A stretch of DNA of 64,000 nucleotides from Candidatus Latescibacterota bacterium (GTDB lineage Bacteria > Latescibacterota > UBA2968): NCBI GenBank assembly GCA_965198115.1, contig OZ240241.1:6560001-6624000 (forward strand), written 5' to 3'. Under the pieces are notes generated by a model. That model had not been told where the DNA came from. It did not search any database and saw only the letters and a program-made list of their open reading frames with translations. The position numbers and the translations under genes are program-made. Below, piece by piece: positions 39,673-48,644 of this stretch. The first letter of the stretch is position 1, and every line of letters begins with the position of its first letter.

Positions 39673-41060
39673 GGTGTTGTGCCTATCGTAGTTGAAACTT
39701 AGAGGGCTCCAAACTTACGTTGGGTAGACGTGTAGGAGCGTATACCCGTAAGAAAGGAGCCCAGATGGAGAAGCTATTTGTAGGCGATGGTGAAGTCAAG
39801 GTTGAGGGCGATGTCATCGATTTGGAGACGCGTTTGTCGGTGATCCAGGCGTTGATCCCGTTGGGTCTGGAGGCAGTGGCAGACCTCCTCCAGCAGGAGG
39901 TCGAGCAGCTCGCAGGCGTTCGGTATGCGCGCAAAGGTTCGGAGCAGACGCATCGTCGGTGGGGAAGCCAGAAGGGATCCGTGTATCTGATGGACCAGAA
40001 GCTCCCGTTAGACGTTCCCCGGGTGCGCGACGTCGAGGCCGACGCAGAGGTTTCCCTGGCTGCATACCGGGCTCTACAGACGCCCAAGAAGACGGACGAG
40101 GGGCTGTTGCTTCGTGTTCTCAAGGGGATCTCGTGCCGCAACTACAAGGCCTGTGCCGAATCGGTTCCAGAAGCGTTTGGTATCTCAGCGTCCTCCGTCT
40201 CGCGGCGGTTCATCAAAGCCACCGCGAAGAAGCTGAAGCAGTTCCAGGAGCGTCCCCTCGACGACTACGGCTTCGTGACCCTGTTCATTGACGGAAAGAG
40301 CTTTGCCGACGAAGAGATCGTGATCGCTCTGGGGGTCACGATGGACGGCCAGAAGATCCCCCTGGGCTTCGTCGAATCGGCGACGGAGAACGAACGGATC
40401 TGCCGCCAGCTGATCCAGGACCTCATCCGGAGAGGCCTGTGCTACGACCAGGGCCTTCTCGTTGTGCTTGACGGCTCAAAGGGACTCCGCAGTGCTGTCA
40501 CCAAAGCCCTCAAAGGGTATGTGCGCGTGCATCGCTGTCAGTGGCACAAGCGCGAGAATGTCGTCAGCTATCTCCCGGAGAGGGAACGTCCAAGAGTTCG
40601 ACGGAAGCTCCAGAAAGCCTATGACTGCGACACCTACGAGGAGGCAAAGGCCGCACTCGAATCACTTAAACCCGAACTGAAGCTGATGAATCAGTCTGCC
40701 GTAACGAGCCTCGAGGAAGGCCTGGAGGAAACCCTGACCCTCCACCGGCTGGGTATGCTCCCATTCCTGAAACGAAGCTTCCGAACCACCAACTGCATCG
40801 AAGCCCTCAACAGCAGGACCGGCGAGCTCACTCGGAAGGTCAGACGCTGGAACAACTCTCCCCAGAGACACAGATGGGTGGCTGCCGCACTCCTCGACAT
40901 CGAACCTCGCCTGCGACGCGTGAGCGGATACAAACATCTTCCCCTACTCAGGCAAGCACTGAACAAAGATCTGAATCTCGACAACGAACAGAATGCTCAA
41001 AAGAGAGCCTGACCAAACTACGGGGCCCGATGAGTTTTCAACTGACTATGGGACTTGACC
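39673..41060 (+). mobile_element. IS256-family insertion sequence, complete
   Basis: 9-bp target duplication CTGTTCGAC (39664-39672, 41061-41069); imperfect terminal IRs sharing AGTTGAAA. Confidence 0.93.
39765..41012 (+). CDS. IS256-family transposase
   Basis: FIDGK, LDGSKGL, RCQWHKREN, TTNCIE. Confidence 0.95.
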   Translation: MEKLFVGDGEVKVEGDVIDLETRLSVIQALIPLGLEAVADLLQQEVEQLAGVRYARKGSEQTHRRWGSQKGSVYLMDQKLPLDVPRVRDVEADAEVSLAAYRALQTPKKTDEGLLLRVLKGISCRNYKACAESVPEAFGISASSVSRRFIKATAKKLKQFQERPLDDYGFVTLFIDGKSFADEEIVIALGVTMDGQKIPLGFVESATENERICRQLIQDLIRRGLCYDQGLLVVLDGSKGLRSAVTKALKGYVRVHRCQWHKRENVVSYLPERERPRVRRKLQKAYDCDTYEEAKAALESLKPELKLMNQSAVTSLEEGLEETLTLHRLGMLPFLKRSFRTTNCIEALNSRTGELTRKVRRWNNSPQRHRWVAAALLDIEPRLRRVSGYKHLPLLRQALNKDLNLDNEQNAQKRA

Positions 41061-41094
41061 CTGTTCGACTCTGCCCCCTATAGTTCCTCCGCAG

Positions 41095-41925
41095 TCAATT
41101 TCCGGGCATGAATCTCCTTAAATACTCGACCGCCTTCGGCACCGCCGTCTCCTCTTCCTCCTCATCCTGACCTTCATACACGATCGACACCCAGCCGTTG
41201 TAGTTCACGCCGTTCAGGATCTTGAAAATCCGCGGATAGTCCAGCCAGGCTTCCTCGCCCGTCGATATCCGGTAAACCTTCGCACGAACGTGGACGGCGA
41301 ACGGGGCTGTTTCTTCGATACTCCCGTAGAAATTCAGGGCCGGATCTTCCCGACCGCGTTGCCCGCTCGCACCGGGCGATCCGACGTACTGACCGGTGTC
41401 CAAAATGTGCGACAAATACGGATTGTTCACGCCTTCCAGAATCCGTTTCACTTCCTTCCCCGTACGCGTCACACATCCATGGTTGTGGTTGTGCAAACCC
41501 AGAACGACGCCCTTCTCCTGACCGTAGGAAGCCACCTCATCCATACACGGCATCATCCGTTCCCACACCTGTTCCTCCGACTCACCTTCGTGAATCCACG
41601 CCGCGAAGATTCGGACCAGGGGGATCCCCAAAAACTCGGCCACGTCGACCCAGTGCTTGACGTCCGCCACGACTGCGGGCAATTCGTCCTTCGGTTTACC
41701 GAAATCATTGCTCACACCGATATACGACATCGCCAGTCCGCGCTTCAGACACCGCATCCGGATGTCACGCAAATAGGCAGGCTCTGTCGATGCGAACGCA
41801 CGCGTATGAATATCGATCCCGTCCAATCTCAGTTCATAGGCCCGATCGACGAACCCCTCCAGATCGATCTTCCCGTCCCTGAATTGATGACTGTAACTCA
41901 ACGACATACAGCCGAGCTTCATCAT
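41095..41925 (-). CDS. Sugar phosphate isomerase/epimerase (TIM barrel)
   Basis: LHNHNH, LDTG, YNGWVSIVYEG. Confidence 0.88.
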   Translation of the reverse strand: MMKLGCMSLSYSHQFRDGKIDLEGFVDRAYELRLDGIDIHTRAFASTEPAYLRDIRMRCLKRGLAMSYIGVSNDFGKPKDELPAVVADVKHWVDVAEFLGIPLVRIFAAWIHEGESEEQVWERMMPCMDEVASYGQEKGVVLGLHNHNHGCVTRTGKEVKRILEGVNNPYLSHILDTGQYVGSPGASGQRGREDPALNFYGSIEETAPFAVHVRAKVYRISTGEEAWLDYPRIFKILNGVNYNGWVSIVYEGQDEEEEETAVPKAVEYLRRFMPGN

Positions 41926-42023
41926 GACATATCCCTCCCTAGGGTAAGATCCACCGGATCAGAGGTTGCCTCGATGTATGATCCGGCAAGAACTCCATTG
42001 GCATACCCTCCGGTTCTCAGTGG

Positions 42024-43160
42024 CTAAGTTTTCTGTATTTCGCGAAGCGCTTCCAGCAACCGATCGACATCCTCACTGCCATTATGCACGTGCGTGGATA
42101 CGCGCACTCGACCGAACTCACCCCACACAAGTACACCCCGTTTGGCCAACTCGGCAGTCACCCGTTCTGCGTGTTCTACGAGGAAGCATGTGTTACCCGA
42201 TCGTCGATCCTCCTCATCAGGCGAAATAACGGTCAGACCCATGTCACGCAGCCCCTTATGCACGCTTTCGGCCAACGCTCGGTCGTGCGCCTGGATGCGT
42301 TCCCTCCCCAGACCCAGCAACGTCGCCAGCGACAGATCCAGATGCATGACCACCTGCATGGCGGGATTGCCCGGCTCCATCCGCTCCGGCATGGGCATTT
42401 CGTCCACCTCGGCGTGTCGCTCGCCCGCCTGTTTCGGCCAAACGTCGAGGTTGCGCCAGCCAAAGCACGTCGACGCCACCTGGCCCTCCGCCCGCTCGCT
42501 CAGATACGTCGGTGCGACACCGTGCGTGGCAAGCAACCACTTATATGAGCTGCTCGTCGTCAGGTCCGACAGCTCGGCATCCACCACGATCGCGCCCGCA
42601 GAGTGTGTGGCGTCCACAGCGAAAAGGGACCCATTCGCGCGCGCCGAATCGGACAATCTGGCGAGGTCGTGGCACTGCCCCGTGTAGAAACTCACGTGAC
42701 TGATCGCGAGCACGCGCGTCCGACTGTCCATCGCATCAATCAGCGCCGCTTCATCCACATACCAATCCTGATGACGCACCATCCGGATCTCCACGCCCCG
42801 GGCTTTCAAGTGTCGCCAGGCGTAGGCCACCGAGGGAAACTCGAGATTCGTCGTAACGACGTTGTCACCCTCGCGCCAATCGAGCCCGCGCGCGAACCAA
42901 CCCATGCCCTCCGCTGCGGACGGCATCAGTGCAATACGTTTGCCGGGGACATCCCATAGCTCACCCACGCGATTGCGACAGGTCTCGCCTCGGTCGTAGA
43001 TCGTCGCGCGGCCCGTGTGGCTCTCCCCCTTCAGGCGGGCAAACTCGTCGTAGACCTCTTCCTGCGCCCGCAACCACGGACCTTCTCCGCCTGTACACAG
43101 ATGCGCCACCCCATCGATCCCGACGAAGGCGTCTGGCGACAGCAACGAGTCAATCTTCAT
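42024..43160 (-). CDS. Aminotransferase class V (PLP enzyme)
   Basis: EFPSV, VDATHS, SYKWL, VRVSTH. Confidence 0.92.
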   Translation of the reverse strand: MKIDSLLSPDAFVGIDGVAHLCTGGEGPWLRAQEEVYDEFARLKGESHTGRATIYDRGETCRNRVGELWDVPGKRIALMPSAAEGMGWFARGLDWREGDNVVTTNLEFPSVAYAWRHLKARGVEIRMVRHQDWYVDEAALIDAMDSRTRVLAISHVSFYTGQCHDLARLSDSARANGSLFAVDATHSAGAIVVDAELSDLTTSSSYKWLLATHGVAPTYLSERAEGQVASTCFGWRNLDVWPKQAGERHAEVDEMPMPERMEPGNPAMQVVMHLDLSLATLLGLGRERIQAHDRALAESVHKGLRDMGLTVISPDEEDRRSGNTCFLVEHAERVTAELAKRGVLVWGEFGRVRVSTHVHNGSEDVDRLLEALREIQKT

Positions 43161-43224
43161 ACGAATCGTTTCCCTGAGGTCCGCTATCTTCAGCCTAAGC
43201 AAACCCAAACGCCGGCTGTCGACT

Positions 43225-43255
43225 CTGAACCACCGAACACTGAACACCGAACACC
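43225..43255 (+). repeat. Degenerate GAACACC array
   Basis: ctgaaccaccgaacactgaacaccgaacacc. Confidence 0.75.
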
Positions 43256-43397
43256 CCGTACGCGCCAGCGGACGGAACGGCCAATATAGCCGCGGCTCCC
43301 CACCGTCACAAACGCACCGATTTGCTTTGACAGCGCAAGACACGGGTCACACATTTAGCAACGTCACCGGTATCATTCATCAGCCCATCGAAGCACA

Positions 43398-43522
43398 TCG
43401 AACCCAGGTGAAGATCAGCGCGCTGGCGGCGAGGCAATTGCCAGACCGAAGATGTTGATGGCCGAATAGACCTTGTGGCGAAGCAGATATCGGATGGCTA
43501 CGAGGAGCTGATTTCGGAGCAT
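43398..43522 (-). pseudogene. N-terminal 42-codon fragment of a MacB/FtsX permease
   Basis: MLRNQLLVAIRYLLRHKVYSAINIFGLAI-(1-nt deletion)-LAASALIFTWVR. Confidence 0.85.
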
Positions 43523-43578
43523 GACGAGGTCCCCTGCTTGAAATGCGCAGCCTGAACAAAGAGATAGATACACTGTCA

Positions 43579-43594
43579 GGCAATGCCTGTGCCA
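43579..43594 (-). promoter_or_regulatory. Sigma54 -24/-12 promoter
   Basis: TGGCACAGGCATTGCC on the minus strand, 57 bp upstream of the ATG at 43522. Confidence 0.75.
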
Positions 43595-43657
43595 CACCTT
43601 ATTTTGCCCGTTTTCGAGTGATTCCGCGCCTCGGATTGTCCGATTGTGGGACGACAC

Positions 43658-43673
43658 TGTCCGCGAACGGACA
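43658..43673. promoter_or_regulatory. Palindromic enhancer-like site
   Basis: TGTCCG-CGAA-CGGACA (TGT-N10-ACA). Confidence 0.5.
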
Positions 43674-43786
43674 TTCGCGGACGTCATCTGGCCGATGCAC
43701 GGTTCGCTAGGCAGAAATAGGAAAAGGGCGACCGTCTCAGTTATCGACGATCGCCCTTCGGATGAGGTTTCGAACAGGGTGTGGTT

Positions 43787-44101
43787 TCAGTCCTCCAGGA
43801 CCTCCGTCACGCGCATCCCGAAGATCGACTTTGCCCGCGATGGCCATTGTCTTCCGTGTGTCGTTCCTCCCGGCACGTCGACGACGACCACCTCTCCTCG
43901 GGCGACGAGGGCATCATTCGCACGAAGGTCGGCCGTGTAGTGACCGTCCTGATTCAGTTTCGAGTCGGGGAGTTCGATCAGCGAACCTTCGGAACAGATC
44001 ATGAAGAAGTCGATTGGGAGTCTCCTCCGACCCAACTCGATTCGGACATCCGTAGGAACATCTGATGCCGCACTCTCGGTCTGTTTCGTTTCTTCGGACA
44101 C
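43787..44101 (-). CDS. FliN/SpoA-like protein
   Basis: VRIELGR, LVARGEVVVV, FGMRVTEV. Confidence 0.8.
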   Translation of the reverse strand: MSEETKQTESAASDVPTDVRIELGRRRLPIDFFMICSEGSLIELPDSKLNQDGHYTADLRANDALVARGEVVVVDVPGGTTHGRQWPSRAKSIFGMRVTEVLED

Positions 44102-44112
44102 GACTCTTCCTC

Positions 44113-45369
44113 CTACATCAGTGGTTCGCGTTCGCCTCTGACGACCACAATCTTTCCGTTGGCGTCGAGGTCCCGAACGATATAGACGATCTTAATCTGA
44201 ACATCTTCGACATCGCCGACTCGAACCATTCCAAGTCCGGCGGCCGCCGATTCGTAGGCCTTCTGTCTGTCTTCACTGAGATTCTCGACGAATCGACGTG
44301 TGATCCTTTCTTCAGCGCCCCGGAGGGCAAGCGCCAGATCCTCGGGATCGGTCTCATTCAGGACCGCCCTGAGATCGCTGTCGGCAAGGTTGGCGATGTC
44401 GTTAAAAGTGAACATCTGTAGCCGGACCTTTTCGGCCAGATCTGCATCTACGTCGTCGAGCGTTTCCAGGCACGCCTTTTCTGTCGAGCGTCCCGAGTAA
44501 TTCAAAATCTGCGCGAGAACTTCCGGTCCTCCGGTCGACGTGCTGCCCGAAGTCAGTGCGTCTATCTCCTCGGCGAGATTCTCCTCCAGACGCTGCATGA
44601 CTTCAGGAGATACGCGCTCGAGCGTGGCGATTCTACCCGTGACGTCACTTTGGATCTTCTCGGGCAATCCATTCAGAATAGCCGCGGCTTTCAGGCTGTC
44701 GATCTGGGAAAGAATCAGCGCGAGGGTTTGAGGGTGTTCCTTTTGAAATTTGGAGATCAGCTGCTCGTGATCGATATCATTCATGCGTCGGAACACTTCA
44801 CCCGTTGTTCCCTTGATTTCGGCCATCAACGCGAATCGTCGATTGCCACGAGCGCTGTAAAGGAAGCCGTGGACAAAGTCGCCACCCCCTCGTGAGCCGA
44901 CGTTTCCTCCGACGAGACACGCTCTTGCTTCCTCGATGACTTCCACTTTCCGCGTTGCGGGAATCGATTTCACGTCGAGGATGTATGCGGAAACTGCACG
45001 CAGATCATCGTCATCGCAATGCTGAAAGACTCTCCCTGCGAGGAGCGGCCCGAGATGCATTGCGACGATTGCGGCCCGTTCGAGGCCTTCCTGCCCGATC
45101 TCGGTGCCCGTTCGCGTCGCATCCAGGAAATCCTGAAGCAGGCGGGCGACAAGGCTCGGTTGCCGCTCGGCAATCTGCTCGAGCGAGTCGTCAGGGGCGA
45201 TCGTGTCGCTGACGGGCGTCGCCCATTTCGAAGGAACCGCGGCCTCTTCGGGCCGGGAAGCACTTCGTGCCGTTTGACGATCCGGATGAAGATGAAAGTC
45301 CATAGGTGGAGCCTCACCGGATACGTTCAGGACGGGTGGCTGCCAAGTCTGGACAGAGGATTCGGACAT
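44113..45369 (-). CDS. fliG: FliG-like flagellar switch protein with extended N-terminus
   Basis: RAAIV..LG, EHPQ, MFTF, VRVGDVE. Confidence 0.85.
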   Translation of the reverse strand: MSESSVQTWQPPVLNVSGEAPPMDFHLHPDRQTARSASRPEEAAVPSKWATPVSDTIAPDDSLEQIAERQPSLVARLLQDFLDATRTGTEIGQEGLERAAIVAMHLGPLLAGRVFQHCDDDDLRAVSAYILDVKSIPATRKVEVIEEARACLVGGNVGSRGGGDFVHGFLYSARGNRRFALMAEIKGTTGEVFRRMNDIDHEQLISKFQKEHPQTLALILSQIDSLKAAAILNGLPEKIQSDVTGRIATLERVSPEVMQRLEENLAEEIDALTSGSTSTGGPEVLAQILNYSGRSTEKACLETLDDVDADLAEKVRLQMFTFNDIANLADSDLRAVLNETDPEDLALALRGAEERITRRFVENLSEDRQKAYESAAAGLGMVRVGDVEDVQIKIVYIVRDLDANGKIVVVRGEREPLM

Positions 45370-45388
45370 GGTGTGCCTCGTCTTGGCG

Positions 45389-45679
45389 TCAGGATTTTGG
45401 AAAACCGTTAACACGAATGGCCAGGTTGTCGCCTACAACGACGACTTCGCCGAAGCAGAAGAGACGACCATTTGCGAGCACTTCGACAGGTGTTCCGGTC
45501 AGCTTGTCGGTCTCGATCAGATCGCCGCTGTTGACGCTCAGGACTTCTTCGATCGTCATGCGTGCCTCTCCGAGCACGACGACCACGTCGAGTTCGGCGC
45601 TGCCAATCCGCCCGAGTCTCGATTCGACATCGGGGAGCCAGTTCGGATCGATCCGTTCTTGGGTGGCTGATTCTGCCAT
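45389..45679 (-). CDS. fliN: Flagellar switch protein FliN-like
   Basis: LDVVVVLGEARMTI, PVEVLANG, GEVVVV. Confidence 0.85.
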   Translation of the reverse strand: MAESATQERIDPNWLPDVESRLGRIGSAELDVVVVLGEARMTIEEVLSVNSGDLIETDKLTGTPVEVLANGRLFCFGEVVVVGDNLAIRVNGFPKS

Positions 45680-45699
45680 TGGATTCTCCTGGATGCAGT

Positions 45700-47163
45700 C
45701 TAGTCGTGAAAGTAGCGTGATTTCTCAGAGGGTCTGACTGCCCTCTCCACGCGAACGGCGTGTCGCCCTCTGGGAGAAGCCCCTGCCGTTCCGACGAAGA
45801 GCGGGTCTCCATCGAGATGAACACTCGCCGGCTGGTCTTCGAGGTTGCCGATCGTAAGAATGTCCCCCACACGGGCGTGGTTCAGTGCATCCGCAGTCAT
45901 TCTCGTCCTACCGAGGACCGTTGTCAGGTCGATCTCGGTTCCCTTCAGGGCATCCAATCGATCCTGTCTTTGTTGCGATGACAGTCTCTTTCGATACCCC
46001 CGGCTTGCCCAGTTCTGCACGTTCAGGACCGACTTGGCCGGTTCGAGTGTGAAGTAGGGATAGCAGAGGTTCAGCATACCGGACGACCGGGCGCTGTTGA
46101 TCTCCATCGCTATGAGAACGACCGTGTCTGACGGCGCTGCGATCTGCATGAACTCCGGATTGGTCTCCAATTCGGCATCGGAAACTCTGAATTTGAGGAG
46201 GGGTGCCCACGTGGCCTCGAGGTCGGCGAGGACCTGGGTGATGATCGGATTCATCACGCCCCGCTCGACCGGGGTTGTCGGACGACGTTCGTACGGAAGC
46301 CTCGGCCGGTTACCGCCGAACGCACGTGTCACGAAGTCGTAGACGATGGGCAGGCTGAAATTGAGTATTGCCGGGCCGTGCAGGGGTTCGACCGTGAATG
46401 TGTAGGACACTGTGGGATTGCTGAGGTAGTCGATGAATTCGCCGTAGGTTGTCTGGTCGACGAAGGCGATATCGCAATCGACGATCGACTGCTGTGCTCG
46501 TGAAAAGGTGGAGGCGACCATCCGGGCGAAGTTCGAGTGCAAGTTCTCGAGCGTGCGCATCTGGTCTTTCGATACGCGCGAGGGATGCCTGAAGTCGTAG
46601 GTGAGTGTCAGGCGTCTGCTTTTCTTCCGGTCTTCGTCACGCTTTTGACGGTTCTCCTGTCGTGCCTGGATGGTCTCCAGCGGATCGGGCCCGACAAGCG
46701 CTTTCTCGGGATAGACGAGGCGATCGATGTCCGACTGGCTGACCTGCTCGGGCAGCGTATCCCAATCCTCTTTAGACGTCGCATTCGGTAGGTTCGGCTT
46801 TCGATCGAGCCAACGGGCCCGAATCCGAAGATCGCTCTCTTTCCACGGAGCCAGAAGGAGATCCGTCGCACCCACTCTCAGCAGGTCAATGACATCCTTC
46901 CTCGAACTGGACTGAGAGAGCACGAGGACGTGCGTCCTTCGGTAGGGATGCTTGTTGATGGACCGAATCTCTTCGATCAGGTGACGCCTCGCGTCATCTC
47001 CCTCGAATTCCAGATCGGTAACGAGGACCAGGGGGCCGTTCCACTCGATATCTGTGAGGGCATCGTCGAGCGTTTTCGTCAATTTGCGCCCCAGGTAGGC
47101 CTCAGTCAGGGCCTGGTAAGCCCGTCCTGCTTCGCCATTCGCATTGCCTGCTGTTACGATCAT
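45700..47163 (-). CDS. fliM: Receiver-like domain fused to FliM
   Basis: SQSDIDRL, YDFRHPSRVSKDQMRTL, ETNPEF, NLCYPY. Confidence 0.88.
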   Translation of the reverse strand: MIVTAGNANGEAGRAYQALTEAYLGRKLTKTLDDALTDIEWNGPLVLVTDLEFEGDDARRHLIEEIRSINKHPYRRTHVLVLSQSSSRKDVIDLLRVGATDLLLAPWKESDLRIRARWLDRKPNLPNATSKEDWDTLPEQVSQSDIDRLVYPEKALVGPDPLETIQARQENRQKRDEDRKKSRRLTLTYDFRHPSRVSKDQMRTLENLHSNFARMVASTFSRAQQSIVDCDIAFVDQTTYGEFIDYLSNPTVSYTFTVEPLHGPAILNFSLPIVYDFVTRAFGGNRPRLPYERRPTTPVERGVMNPIITQVLADLEATWAPLLKFRVSDAELETNPEFMQIAAPSDTVVLIAMEINSARSSGMLNLCYPYFTLEPAKSVLNVQNWASRGYRKRLSSQQRQDRLDALKGTEIDLTTVLGRTRMTADALNHARVGDILTIGNLEDQPASVHLDGDPLFVGTAGASPRGRHAVRVERAVRPSEKSRYFHD

Positions 47164-47218
47164 CGTTCAGCTCCGTGTCCAGCTGCGTGGAGTAAGGAAC
47201 TCGGACTGATTCCGCTGC

Positions 47219-47647
47219 TCATCCGGTGCGTTGACCGAGTCCTGGTTCGGTCCAGATGCTGAGCTCGGGTCGCGACCTGATCTGTTCACGAACTCGCCCC
47301 TCCGCTTCGTAGCCGGAGCGTGCCGTGTCCCGATCTCGCATTTCTTCGACCGTCTGTCGAAGTTCGCGAACCTCGCTCGCCAATCCCTTGACGATGAGGG
47401 CCAGGTCTTCAACGCTGGTGCCCGATTCGCGTTTTGGCAATTGCGCTTCGATACGCGACCAGAGATCCCCGGGCGCTTCAACGGCGTCGGCATTCGACGC
47501 GATCTCCCAGGCGGTCATTTGTGATTCGTAGTCCTGACGGCAGCGGTCGCACTCGGCGAGATGGGATTCCACGTCCCGTCGCTGGTCGTGGCCGAGTTCG
47601 TCGTCGATGTAGGCGGTGATGTTCTGTTCGCAGGTGAAGCAGTTCAT
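47219..47647 (-). CDS. Zinc-binding anti-sigma factor (zf-HC2)
   Basis: MNC...YIDDEL...HLAECDRC; coiled coil and no TM. Confidence 0.85.
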   Translation of the reverse strand: MNCFTCEQNITAYIDDELGHDQRRDVESHLAECDRCRQDYESQMTAWEIASNADAVEAPGDLWSRIEAQLPKRESGTSVEDLALIVKGLASEVRELRQTVEEMRDRDTARSGYEAEGRVREQIRSRPELSIWTEPGLGQRTG

Positions 47648-47782
47648 GACATTGTCCGTTGGTTGTGAAGCCGCTCGCCCTTCGATACGGCGATCTGAGC
47701 ACTCCGGAAGGGTGTCGTGATGTCACTTACCAGACGTCTACTCAGGATGAGCGGTCGTTGTCTTACTGAACGATCCATTGAG

Positions 47783-48339
47783 CTACCCATTGAGATAGGT
47801 TGAAAGGGCGTCGCGGACTCTCTTGCGTGCCCTGTGCATTCTCATTTTGACGGCGTCCTCGGTGCATTCGAGGACGTCTGCGATCTGGCGATAGCGAAGA
47901 CCTTCGACCGTTCCGAGGATGAAGACGATTCTGAGTGACTCGGTGAGGTGGTCGATGGCAGATTGCATTCGCCGATTGGTCTCCTTGCGCACGAGCTGCT
48001 CTTCGGGTGTTGGCCCCGGTCGATGGGGACAATCGGGTCGTCCTCGTCGTCGAAGCTCCTCGACTCTGGGCGACCACGTCGTGCTGCTTTGAGACAACGA
48101 TTGACCGCGATTCGATATAGCCACGTCCCGAAGGATGATTCTGCACGAAAACGCTGTATGCCTTTGAACGCATCGATAAAGGCTTCCTGAGTGAGGTCGG
48201 CCGCGTCTTCCGCATTGCCCGTCATATGTCGGCAGAGGGCGAAAATGCGATCGCTGTGTAGATCGTAAACCTGGCGGAAGGCAGAGGGGTCGCCTTGCTG
48301 ACAGGCGGCGATCAATGTGAGTTCGACGTGCGTTTCCAC
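47783..48339 (-). CDS. ECF sigma factor, frameshifted in the G4 run at 48014-48017
   Basis: Region 2 (DLTQEAF, TWLYRIAVN) and region 4 (YRQIADVL..VKMRMHRAR) lie in different frames. Confidence 0.88.
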
Positions 48340-48424
48340 GCAGTGTGTCTCCGCGGTGGCTGTCGGTTCTGTTCATTTAGAGCCAGTATACGTCTGAAGG
48401 TAACACCGCAATCGGAAAGGCGCA

Positions 48425-48437
48425 TAAAATATTGATT
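48425..48437 (-). promoter_or_regulatory. IHF-like site
   Basis: AATCAA-TATT-TTA matches WATCAA-N4-TTR. Confidence 0.4.
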
Positions 48438-48475
48438 CCTATGAATTTACAGATATAGGAGAGCGTCGGGTCGCG

Positions 48476-48504
48476 TTGACGCCGGGCAGGGTGGGCCGTA
48501 TATT
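48476..48504 (+). promoter_or_regulatory. Sigma70 promoter
   Basis: TTGACG-17 bp-TATATT upstream of the iol genes. Confidence 0.55.
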
Positions 48505-48644
48505 GGCACCCCGTTGACGGCCTGAGATGATGTAGTTGACAAGGTTCAGTCGTCAGGTAGGCATGCGGGTGCCGGTGCGCACGCATTTGCGAGGACGATT
48601 GCACGGATTCAGGTGTTGGAACCTAGAAGAGATGTGGCGGGCGG

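Noticed and set aside
48504-48518. Sigma54 promoter TGGCACCCCGTTGAC
   Set aside because: 9-nt spacing and GA instead of GC
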